Shown here: one piece after another, positions 1 through 11,861 of the stretch
How the letters are laid out: each line of letters opens with the position of its first letter
How positions within the stretch are numbered: position 1 is the stretch's first letter
From: Lama glama
Taxonomy: Eukaryota
Assembly (NCBI GenBank): GCA_028534125.1
Contig: CM052817.1
Span: forward strand, 62,250,001-62,314,000
Length of the DNA: 64,000 bases
Direction of reading: 5' to 3'
Position numbers and translations under genes: made by a program
Notes under the pieces: model-generated
What the model was told of the DNA's origin: nothing
Seen by the model: the letters and a program-made list of their open reading frames with translations, nothing else
Databases searched by the model: none

Positions 1-129
1 CACTTTCTCCTGATTTCAATCATTACATGGACTCCAGTTCTCCATGCGTAGCCATTTTTCCCTCCCAATATGCCATCACATGATTCTAGTAGGTTTCCAA
101 CTAAAGAGCTTTAAAATTCAGACACATCA

Positions 130-1210
130 TTTCCTCTATAACTATTTCTTCTGTTTGAGTTCCTAAGTTTTGTCAGTGGTATCATAATCTTTCCCATCAC
201 CTTGCTCAAAATGCCACAGTCAGCTGTAACTCAGGGAACTCCCTTCACCTCCCTGGATCAATGTGAAGCCATCAATTAAGTCAAAATGTTCAGTATTAAT
301 GTTTTCTTCCTACGGTCTCTGAACTTCACCACTTCCTTTCCATCCCCACTACCATCACATTACTTAAAGATATTAGTATCTCATATTTGGTTTTATTGCA
401 AGAACCTCCTGACCAATCAATGCTTCTTCCAGTATACTTCCACTTGGATCCATCTTTCATATAATTCCAGTTTCATCTCCCTATACAACACTGTTTTTAA
501 TACCATGGAATAGAGTTTAAGGGCGAAAATTCTGAAATCAAGCTGCTTGGGGTGCATGTATGCCACCCGCAACTTTCAGGAGGTTACTAATCTTGTTTAA
601 GTTATTTGGTATTTTGTTGCCTTATTTCCTACCTACCACATAGGGTTGTTGAGAGAAATAAATGGGTTAATAGAAGCAAAGCACTTGAAAAAAGACAAGT
701 GCTTGATAAATGATGGCTGCTATTATTATTACTATTATCAATTTCCCTATTAAAAACTTTTAACAGCTTCCTATATGCCATGTGATAAATCCCTTAACCT
801 AGCATTTAGGCTCTGGAAAGTCTGGCCCCATATTAATGGCCCAGATTCAATGAATATTATTTGCCAATATGAATCCTCTGGTCCGGTCAGAATGAACTAA
901 TAAAACATACTTGGAAATTACGTTTTCATTCTTTCTGTGGCTCACTATTGTTCCTTTCTTCACTTACTGCCTTTCTTTTTCTCTCCATCTTTACTACGCT
1001 ACTCATTCTTCAATGCCCTATTCAAGTCTTGTTTGCTCCCAAAATGGGTGGACTAGATGAGCATTTCTTGCAATTCAAAGTTTCTAGAAAAAAGGTTCCT
1101 CACCCTTGGACTGAGCTATATGTTATAACCCATCTTGGAGATTAATAATGCACTTTATTTAATATATTAATTAATATTTCGGGGTTAATAATAATCTGTG
1201 AGCTCCTACA
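130..1210 (+). mobile_element. L2 LINE remnants (interrupted)
   Basis: C/T-rich L2-like text, e.g. CAAGAACCTCCTGAC, TTAACCTAGCATTTAGGCTCT, TCTGTGAGCTCCT. Confidence 0.5.
505..738 (+). mobile_element. MIR SINE (within L2 remnants)
   Basis: ACCTACCACATAGGGTTGTTGAGAGAAATAAATG...AAAGCACTT...GTGCTTGATAAATG...TATTATTATT tail. Confidence 0.7.
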
Positions 1211-2718
1211 ATAAACAACTTTTATTAAATACAGTGTCCCAAATTTATTTCAAGATGAAACATTTTCTTCCTTCTAGAAAATATTAGAAATCTGGACATG
1301 AACATTCCAGAGTCAAGAAAAGAACTGAAAAGCTTTTAATTTTTAAACTGTGTTGTATTCAAAATTTCTCATTATAATTCTCAATTTCAAAAATGAGTTG
1401 AGATAAATCCTAGAGAACTGAGAATGTGGAAACTCATTTTTCAATCAAATAAAGGGTTCAACATATCATACCACTGGTAAAACAATACAAAATGTTTAAT
1501 AAAATGTATCAAGTATACTCCTGACCTATGTTACTATAGCAATTAAAAACTTTGAAATCCCAGAGAAAGATTTTTTAAAAGCTTTCTTTTAGTAACCATA
1601 AAAATATCTACCCACATTTTCAGCATAATTATTTTGCTACATCTGATGGTAGTTTGTCAAAGAAATAGAACCCAATGTTTATTAAAATTTTATTTTAAGC
1701 TTCCTTATCCATGGATTGATTTCATACAGACTCAGTTGATATTTCTACATTCTTTTGCAGACATTTCAGCCTTCATCCGAATTTCTAGGCCCCACCTTAT
1801 AGCTGGAAAATTCCATCTTTATTTCTATTATATAAGCTATAAATTGAAGCAAAGAAAAGAAATGCTTAAATATCAGAAACAATAAGAGAAAGAGATTTAA
1901 TAAAAATCTGAAGATTGACATCCAGTCTTTTAAATCACTGATTCAACCAAGGCTGCTTACTAAAAATGTATATACCCTGTTACTAATTCAATTAAAAAAT
2001 AATTACAATCATGTAGACTAAAGACAATTATTAGACAATTAGAGAGTTGTTAAGAGAAAAGCACATTCTTCATAATGTAAGTTTTTATGAACATTCATTT
2101 AATTTTACTCCCATTAAATTATTACACTTGATGTTAAACTAGACGGCCATTTTAATCCAAATCATTATTTGCATAATAGTAACCAAACATGAACAACAGA
2201 AATAATATTAAAAACTAAGTATATATTAATCAACCACACTAGTATCTAAATTGCCAGTAGTTTCTAAGTACCTATAATCAGAATATTCCAAAAGAAGAGT
2301 ATGCTTTCATTTTATGTCTATAATTACAGTACTCTGTTAAACAGATTTTGTTTTTCACCTATGAAATACTTGATTGACTCTTGCGACACAAAAAGAACAA
2401 TTTGAATTATATTTTTTTAAGGCACAACAAATTGGGATACACCTGAAATACATACAGCAACATCAGGTTTAAGATACCAATGTTACACATAAAATATTTG
2501 CATCTTTCTAAAAGGAAAATTCTTTTCATTTTTGGTTTCCCAAATTCTTCCTGACATGTTTCACTGCAAAAATTTTAACCTAGATAAAAGAAAGCTTTAA
2601 TAGACATATATTTATTAAAAATCATAACGATCCTACTTATCAACTTATAAATACTTTATGTTATCAATGTTCATCTTTTAAAAGCCGGGTTAGTTTTATT
2701 TTCCTATTTCATTGAAAC

Positions 2719-2737
2719 AGGCCACTAGAGGGCAAGC
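2719..2737 (+). promoter_or_regulatory. Candidate CTCF site
   Basis: AGGCCACTAGAGGGCAAGC fits the core CCASYAGRKGGCR. Confidence 0.55.
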
Positions 2738-5700
2738 AATACTCTGATCTCAGTTACAAATAAGTAAATGAATATAGCTTCTTAAAATAACTAGTTATAC
2801 TTAATGCTCATTCTTTCTTTCTTTCCTTCCTTTATTCTTTCATTCAACAACTATTTGCTCAGAGTTTACATGTGCCAGGCGCTGGGATTCTAGAATTAAA
2901 GAGATCAAATAAGTTTCCCTCTCTCCTTGGGCCTCTCTCTCTATATATATACATATGCACATATATTTGAAAAATGGCTTTAATATACTCCTTCAGTGTT
3001 TTTTAGCCATTCATAGTTCTTACTTTCAACATTTTGTCATAAATAGAGTGTGTTACAGCAAAATCAGAGCTCCAACTTAGCAGACAAGTTGTAGCAGAGT
3101 AACTTGGATGTTGCCAATACTGAAAACCAAAGAGCAGCTTTTGGTATCAAGTTTACTGATAAATAAAAACTATAGCCCATAGAATGTTCTAAAACTCTAC
3201 CCAAAATTTGCCTCAGCATTTTCCTAATTCAGTTTGGCCCTTCTTTATTAGTGGTCCAGAAAGAAAAATTGATACACAGAGAGAAAAGAAGTTGAGCTGT
3301 CCTCAGAGACAACTGAAGGCTTCCTTAGTTCCCCACTAGCCAATGCCCTGAGAGATGGGTAAAATGATTTCATAATTTCTCTTGAATACAAAAGGATGCT
3401 GATACCTGAGGGATACTGGTCCAGAAAGACAGAAAGAGTGTCTGGGAACCTCTTTCAATGATACGGAAGTTAATGGTTTTGTGATTGACCCAAGATAAAG
3501 TCCTTAAAACCCTTGATAGCTGCAAGGCAGACAGTGCCACTGCTGACTTTGTCAAATTCGCAGGAGCCAAGTGTCCCATGGTAGAAACCAAACTCAAATA
3601 CCACAAAGGAGAGTTTAGTAATACTCATATATTTTTAATTGTGTTTGCATGTGCATGTTTTATCTAACAAGAGATTGCTATTAATTCTTGTTCATCTCAG
3701 GTTCAAAGTGTTTTCTAACGTCAACACTTTCACAGCACGCTAGAATTCCAGACAAGCTCTGCCAAATGACTAGAGGAAATGGAAGCTGCCTCTCTTCCAC
3801 ACGCCAAAAACAAGACACACAGAACTAGTGTTGTTAAATAGTCAACTTAATTAAATTACATAGGAGGAAAAATGCCTGAGATGTAGAAATTGATAGAGAA
3901 ATGTTTAATTACCAGACAACAATCAATGTACATCTCTTTAGCTGGTGGTTTCTTCACTTAAAATTCACACTCATTCATTCCTTCAGAAGATATGTATGGA
4001 GCTCCTAGTTAAGCTCCATGGATACCAGATCTGCTCTCATGTCTACGTTCTAGAGAGAGAAACTGCACTTCCCCACTCAATACACAAGGTATAAAGCTAG
4101 TCAAACGATGTTTTCCTTTGAAGAGTTTCCTCTCACGTGCAGGAGAAAGACATCAGGATTTAGAACTATGCCAAAGGAAAGAGGATAAAAACAGCAATAT
4201 GTGCCAATGACTGCAAGGGAAGAGGTGGAAGTTTTCTTCTGAGGAGCTAGGGCGGGGGGGCTGGGCGTCACGCCCTGTGCCTTGTCTGGAAGAAGATGTG
4301 AGGGAAGAAGATTGCTTTGCCAAGTTTATCTCATTTTGGAAGAAATCTGAAGGATAAGAGAAGAATATTTGTTAGACAAGGAGGAAGCAGTGTGCCAGGT
4401 ACTGGGCACCAAATGGCAGTGCAAGTAGAATACCGAAATAAACATGGGGCTGGAAAGGGGGGCAGGAGGCAGGACCAGAATGTGAAGGAGCTAGCATGCC
4501 CCATGACTACAGGGAATCATGTCTTCATTTTGTTGGTGATAAGGAACCATTTTAAGATTTTAGGCAGAGAGTCAAACTTGACGAGGGAACACATGAAACA
4601 TATGATAAAATGTAAAAAAAAAAAAAAGTATGAAAAAAATAATTGCTTTTGCATTTCACATGCACAAAAAATTACCCTGATGAAAATATGAAAAATAGAT
4701 TGGAATCAAGCAGTTCTTCCTACGCTTACAAATCAAGACATTGACAGAGAAGCTGGGTAGACTACTTTCAACCAAGCATGGAGAATTTGTCATTCACAGC
4801 TAGCAACTGTCTAATCTTCCTCCCCTAGAACAATGTAGAGAGGGAAACTGGGCAAGGTTCTGAAGAGTCCAGGTATAAAATAAGGCAATGAGAGACTTCA
4901 CCTTTCATCCTCAAAATTCTCTGAAATTCAAGTCACCCAAGGAGGAAACTTTCATATAAATAACTGAATGGTTTAAGTACATTTAAATTGGTATCTGCTT
5001 ACACGTAAAATTAAACCTCTTAGATTTTTACCATTTCTCACATTTCAACAGGGTTTAAAGTTTCTCTACTTGAAATTATATTTGTTTTGTTAATCACTAT
5101 GATAAGTTAGATTTTCAACTTTTTCATGGCAGGTTCATAGAAAATTGCTCAAGTACTTGCCCCTACTACTTAAAAGCAATTCTGTTTTTGTTCTTAAACA
5201 TTAGGTTAACTGGTAAGAAATCAGAACAAAAACTACCTTTTCAAGTAATAAAAAATCATTTCTCAAAAGTGCTGACCCAGAAGTAGAGTCAGTATTTTTA
5301 AAGACGTAAAAATTGTTCGCAAATTCATTAATTTCCCTTATAGATGCTGTGTATATGTGCTTTACTCCCTGTCCCTCTGGAAAAAAATAAAAGAGCGTAT
5401 TTTCCTGATAGAGGGTAGTATCATGCCTCCACAAGTGGTTTGATAAACCGAGTTCTTGTCATGGTGCTAAATATGTAAATCACACTGAATGACCGAGACT
5501 AAAAGCAAAGTGACAGTTGATTGTGACTGCCATTAACCATGGATCACATCCCGGCATGTAATGCAATTATATGGCAGGAAACAACTAATGTGGGCTGCTC
5601 TGGTGGGAGAAAGGCGAAAATATTGAATTTTTCTTTGTAATCTATTTACATCTTGCAATGGGGGCATTAGTCAGATTAAGGATCAGAATGCCAGGCGCAC

Positions 5701-6699
5701 ACAGGCCCGGTGTGCTAAGTGGTGCCTCCATTCATAATGTGATAAGAAGATAATGGTTAGAGAGACAAATACATTAGGACCCCACTGAGTCAGGGGACAA
5801 TTTTCTCACAGAAACTTCTTTTTCTTTAACACCACCTCATTTCTGGGTACAGACTGAAATCTTTTCAAAATATAAAGATCTGCCAGCATTACTACGTATT
5901 AAATCAACTTTTCTTTTTCCTTCATAAGCACATACGTTACGTCGAAATTTCAACAGTAATTCATATTAATTTCCTCACAGAGTTCAAGCTTATTATATAT
6001 TATCAAGACACATGAATCAAAGAGTACTGAAATATTCATCTCCTTAATCATTTTATTTCTATAGCTGACGCACTAGATCACACCAAGTTTAAGAGAGAAC
6101 AGGCGATGTGGGAGGCAGAATAAGGCATGAGCTTTAGAACAGCTTGGCAAATCCCTTTTGAATATTCTGGGAGTTTGAAAATTCAAACCTCAGTGTGTTT
6201 TTCTTGGATGCTCAGGTAGTCCAATCATCCTGACAAACCTCTTAACTTGTTTCTCCAAATAGCTTTCTGAGATCAGCCAGTTTTGCCAGTCCCAGTACCA
6301 TTTTTCTCATTTTTCCATGGTCTTTCTTTCACCAGAAGTTATTTATACAAGTTCAAAAATTACACTGTTCAAGAATTATAGATAGCATATAATAACTCAA
6401 GATCAAATCTGTTATAGATGAATTAGTTTTTTAGTTAAGGAGTAACTCAACTAATAAAATATGCATTTATATTTAAACAACTATAAACAGTTTGTGTATC
6501 TAAAATTTTTTTTAAAAGAGAAAAAATTTATTTGCCAAATTAAGTACAAACACAAAATAAATCTGGACTTTAAAAAATACGTGCGTGACCTTAGTGTGCT
6601 TTGACTAATTTACAGAACTTTATAGTAGTTCCATTGGTCCTTGTGGTGGACTGGAATTCTCTTTATGCTGGGTTGATTCTTAGGACTCTGGTAGGGGTT

Positions 6700-6970
6700 A
6701 AATAACCTCCTCTGAACAGCCTTCCTTAGAAATCTACTAGTTATCATATGTTTCTATAATTTAGTGCACCTTTCCTTCAAGACACTCATCACAATTGCAA
6801 TTAAATAATTTTTTACATCACTCTTCACTGTTTATCTCTTACACTAGCTTGCGTTCCATGAAGGCAGGAAACATGGATCAGTTTTATTTACATTGAATCT
6901 TTAGATACAAGAAAAGTACTAGGCAAACAGCAGAGATTCAATAAATATCAAATGAATAAAACATGAATGG
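6700..6970 (+). mobile_element. L2 3' end
   Basis: TTCCATGAAGGCAGG...TTCAATAAATAT...ATGAATAAA. Confidence 0.6.
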
Positions 6971-7344
6971 TAATCAACTCCTTGATATTTCCCCCATTTT
7001 AATAATATACTATTTAAAAATACATCTAATTTCTTGTTTCTGAAGCAAGTAATTCTTACACATAGCCAGTATGTAAAAGTCCATTTCTTCCAATTTCTTG
7101 AGGCATTCCTCAGTTTGTATAGAAAAACTAGAGAACTATTTATACATAGATGACAGGAATGAAGTCAGTTGCTTTACACAAGTAATGTGGAAAACTAAGG
7201 ATAATTTTAAAATAGCATCAAAAATATCCCCCTTATGCAATATATCTACCACTGGTATACATGCAATTAATTTACTAATTGTAATCTAATTCCTGATTAT
7301 AGTAATTCATAGAACATGGTGCTTTCTCATGTTTTCTCAATAAA

Positions 7345-7500
7345 TTATCACAAGGGTCTTAGGGTGAGGAGTTACGGTTTCTGCTTTACAGATGGACAAA
7401 CTGAGGCTCAGAATATTAAGGACCTGCCCAAATTTAAATAGCTGGTAAGTGACAATGACAGAATGAAATCTGCACAGCTTTATATTCTGATTGAAATTCC
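7345..7500 (-). mobile_element. MIR SINE
   Basis: Core TTTACAGATGGACAAACTGAGGCTCAGA...ACCTGCCCAA...AGCTGGTAAGTG. Confidence 0.75.
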
Positions 7501-10500
7501 AATGACAGAATTTAAAAAGTATTCCAAAGTTTGACCCTAAAATCATGTATTTGTGCTTAGCTCCTTAGGCTTTCCTCAGTGAGCCGAAGTTTTAGTTAGC
7601 TGAATAAAATGGATAATTTAAAGCATCTAAATTTTTTCTTTATGATAATAGAGAAAGAAATTAATGTTAAGCATGAATAATGCAGTAAGTAGCTCTAATC
7701 ATTTAGTATGCATAACCAATAATCAACAGATGTTCAACATAGATCTAAAGGGAAAAACACCTTACGTGTCTAATAGGATTTTTTACAAAACAATGTACCC
7801 TAAAACAAAGGTCATAATAAAAACAAAATAATAAATTTCAGCAATTCTTATGCTTTTAGAGATCACATTTCCCCATTCTAGGGGTGTATGGTGGCTTCAG
7901 CCAAGTGCAACTTGGCAGTCTAAAATGTATATAGATGTTGCAAAATTTTTATAAATATTAACCAGTCTTTAAATGATGTGGCATTGTGCATGTATACATA
8001 TATTAATTCTAGAAGTGAATGTATGTATGCGCAGTTGAATTTTTTATTACAACTTATAAACTGTGCCTACACAGGACAACTTAAGTAACTCTATGTGCTT
8101 TTTTGGTCTGGATCAGCTATGCAGAAAAAAATCTTCATTATTTCTTCCTCAATACTAGAGCAATAATGTTTACCTATATGTCAAACTTAATCTTTAAAAA
8201 TAATTAAGTGATAGATAATCATTTTATCTGGATTAAAATAAAATGTAATTAAAATTAGAAATATTTGATACTTGACTACAATATGATATCTCAAATTGAC
8301 CCCAAAATACAGCTCCTTACAGAAAATTCTTGAATGTAAATTCTGGACTGGTGGTTCTAAATGTTAAGAAAATGAAAATAGTCTTGACTAGGACAGAAGA
8401 TTCTACGGTTTGGAATAGCCTTTATTAATTCAACCAAAACAGAGTCAGAATTGACTATTCGATGAAGAATAAAAATACATATAACCTGTAGTTTTAGTGA
8501 AACTGTTGGAAGTTGGGCCAATTTTTCAGATTAGGAAGATTAAATGCCTTCTTTTTCAAGACTGTTAGCTAGTGGACAGTTAAAGTTTGAGGACAAGTGT
8601 GTGTGAACACCGGGTGGCGGTCAGCTGCCCTGGGCAGAGTGGGCACGTGACCCTTTGCAGCGGAGGGAGTGATGGATTTGCAAAATCTCCCACTGCTCCC
8701 AAAGCCTTCCCAAGCACTGCCTCTAAGTCCACTGTCCTTGTAATCAAAGTAACATGCTCACCAGCCTGGATAATCATTGCTACATCAATGTCTGCATCTG
8801 GTGTTTATCTCTTGAAGCGCCAAGCAACAGAAGGCTTCATTTCAACCATGCATTTTAAAATCTCTTCTTGGAATGACACTTCCTGTGTGCCCTGAAGGAC
8901 CTACAGTGAGTGCCAAGTTACTGTGTTTCCCATGGCACATGCACATGGAGAGCTCGAGGAAAAGAGAACTGAAGTCCTCAGCAGAGGCGTTTACGGGCAG
9001 TACGAAGTAATGGAAGAGCAGAAGAAGGGGAAGGATGTGCATGTAGCTCAGTCACCCACTGACTGGTGTCCTGTAAATTGGGGGATAATACCTACTTTTC
9101 CTTACTCAGTGATTAATTATGAAGGTTAAATGTAATAACAAACAGACACTGCTTTATAAATTGTGAAGCTAGATACAAACAACTAATGATGACAAAGATA
9201 TTAAAGTGTTATTCAAATGCAAGATACTAGTATATTATTCCCTAAATCCAACTCAGAAAATTCTTGCTTCCTCCAAAAACAATTCTTACTTCTTTGAAAG
9301 GTGCACCTTCCTCATTTTGTTGATTTATGTTTTCATCTACGAATTCGGGGTTTCTAAGCCCCAATGACCTTATATCAGAGTCACACTTACTACATGTAAA
9401 TATATGTCTACCTGAGATAGGGGGCCAAAAAGGAAAAATAGGGTATTCCAGCTATATCAGAAACATACACACACTCCCTGAAAACTGAAACAACACAGAA
9501 ACTTGAAACAAAACAAAAAATGATAACCGTGGTAAAATGCTCCTAAAAATATCATGATAAAGACAATTTCGAAAATTGAACTACTAACTCAATATCACAA
9601 AGATATACTCTTCAGGGCGGGATTATGCTATTATCTATTCCTGTACTGGAGAAGAAAAATGTTTTATGATCATGCAAATTTAGAACTGAGGCACAGTATA
9701 AAAAAGGGATACCATTAAGAAGAAACATCTGGTCATTTTGGTATGATCACATTTCTGTTACAGAGTGCAAATACATTCTTTATGAGACTGTGCCATTGAT
9801 TACATACTCTGTATTTTAACACTGTTTCTAAACATACTGTAAATTATGTTAAGTAACCCACTGAGTCTCTGATTTTGCTTTTTTTTCCTTAAGCCGAAAG
9901 ATAATGTTTGCTCCAAAAAAGAAAAAAACAGTAGACAAATCACATTTATAAACTCGGCAAGTGACATGAGTGACGTTAAAACATCTGGGAGATGTTAGAG
10001 ACTGCATTAACTCTAATCATGGATCACATTACGGCAGAGCTTTTTTTTTCTTAATGAGGAGAAAAGACTGAGATAGCGAATGTGTTACTCAACATAACCC
10101 TGAAGTCCTCATCCAAGAACTGATAAAGCCCTACAAGGCCTGGCCCCACCAGATTTCCAGAACTAAGGCCACACAATCTCCTTTATGTTTGGCCCGTGTG
10201 TCACTGGTGAGGGTGTCTGCAAAACCAATGTCCATTTTCTCACTGCAAATAAATCACAGGATACCCAGCACCCAATATTTACATTGAGCAAGAAGATGAT
10301 CTCTGTTCCCTTTCTTCAAGCAACACTTCATTTATCTGTTAACTGACTAACCGAAAGAAGGGGTCACTTCAGACAAGACTCCATATACAATGATAAGATT
10401 TTAAATTCTGTAAACTATAATATACACAGGAAAACCCGAGTTAGTAATTATGCCACAAGACATAGTTAAAAAACTTTTAAATATTGACTTTAAATATGCG

Positions 10501-11162
10501 CGTTTATAGAGAAAACTATGTGAAGAGCCAAAGTCAGGAATACAAAAATAGGGAGGGAGGACTAGGAAATTAACTGCAACTGCAGTAGCTCACCTTGGAA
10601 GAACTTTCTTGTTTTCAACATGCAGAAGAGCAACCATCTCACTTTAAAGAGCGCTTTTCAGCCATTTAGTCTTTAGGAATTATATTTTTATTTCATTTAT
10701 AAGAAAATGATCAAATAATGTCTATTTTGTGTACAGTTTACTTGGTGACTGAGTTTAAAGAATAAATAAAATATGACTATCCCCTTTGATGAAAAGATTG
10801 TTTTCCTAAGATACAAGTCCTTATAAATAGGCATGTAATTTTTTTTAAAGGAGGTTTGGTTTAGGCTCTAGTGAGAAGTATAACTTAATATTTAAAAATA
10901 CATTTGCCACACACACAAAATATATATTGACTTGGGTGTCTTAGTAACAAAGAATTAGAGAGATTGGTTTAGAGTATTATTTTGAAAGTGTTTATTTGAA
11001 ATTCATCTTGAAGCTGAGAGAGACAGAGAGAAATCTGACTAGAGAATCAACTCCTATTTTCTTTGGGAAATGTGGCTTCAAGGTTAAATCAACATATGGG
11101 AAACGTTGCTTCAGGACACAGAGAAAAGAGAGTTAAAGAGACTTTTATAATGATGCTTGGGC

Positions 11163-11361
11163 ATAAGGTTAAGCTGCTAGCAGCTGGTTAAGGAAAAAAA
11201 AAACTCGGAGAGTGGTGACTGACACCTGAACCCACTCACAAGTGGACTGGGTGCTTGGCTCTAGAGCAAGGCCAGCAAGGGTTTGAATCCCCCAGAGAAG
11301 TGAGAATCCATCTGAAGGCAAAAACCAGAGATCTCCCTTCAGGCCATCATACCACCTTGTC
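11163..11361 (+). repeat. 199-bp contig-end sequence, copy 1 (inverted copy at 29953-30151)
   Basis: ATAAGGTTAAGCTGCTAGCAGC...CATACCACCTTGTC is the reverse complement of 29953-30151, including the A10/T10 run. Confidence 0.97.
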
Positions 11362-11861
11362 NNNNNNNNNNNNNNNNNNNNNNNNNNNNNNNNNNNNNNN
11401 NNNNNNNNNNNNNNNNNNNNNNNNNNNNNNNNNNNNNNNNNNNNNNNNNNNNNNNNNNNNNNNNNNNNNNNNNNNNNNNNNNNNNNNNNNNNNNNNNNNN
11501 NNNNNNNNNNNNNNNNNNNNNNNNNNNNNNNNNNNNNNNNNNNNNNNNNNNNNNNNNNNNNNNNNNNNNNNNNNNNNNNNNNNNNNNNNNNNNNNNNNNN
11601 NNNNNNNNNNNNNNNNNNNNNNNNNNNNNNNNNNNNNNNNNNNNNNNNNNNNNNNNNNNNNNNNNNNNNNNNNNNNNNNNNNNNNNNNNNNNNNNNNNNN
11701 NNNNNNNNNNNNNNNNNNNNNNNNNNNNNNNNNNNNNNNNNNNNNNNNNNNNNNNNNNNNNNNNNNNNNNNNNNNNNNNNNNNNNNNNNNNNNNNNNNNN
11801 NNNNNNNNNNNNNNNNNNNNNNNNNNNNNNNNNNNNNNNNNNNNNNNNNNNNNNNNNNNNN
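11362..11861. other. Assembly gap (500 N)
   Basis: Exactly 500 N, a fixed-size scaffolding spacer. Confidence 0.99.

Noticed and set aside
11172..11185. 14-bp perfect palindrome AGCTGCTAGCAGCT
   Set aside because: A palindrome of this length is expected by chance in 64 kb; its second occurrence is just the duplicated contig end.
11341..11361. GGCCATCATACCACC resembles the 5' end of 5S rRNA or a 5S-derived SINE
   Set aside because: The continuation, visible in the inverted copy (…CCTTGTCATTCCAGAGTG), does not follow 5S sequence.
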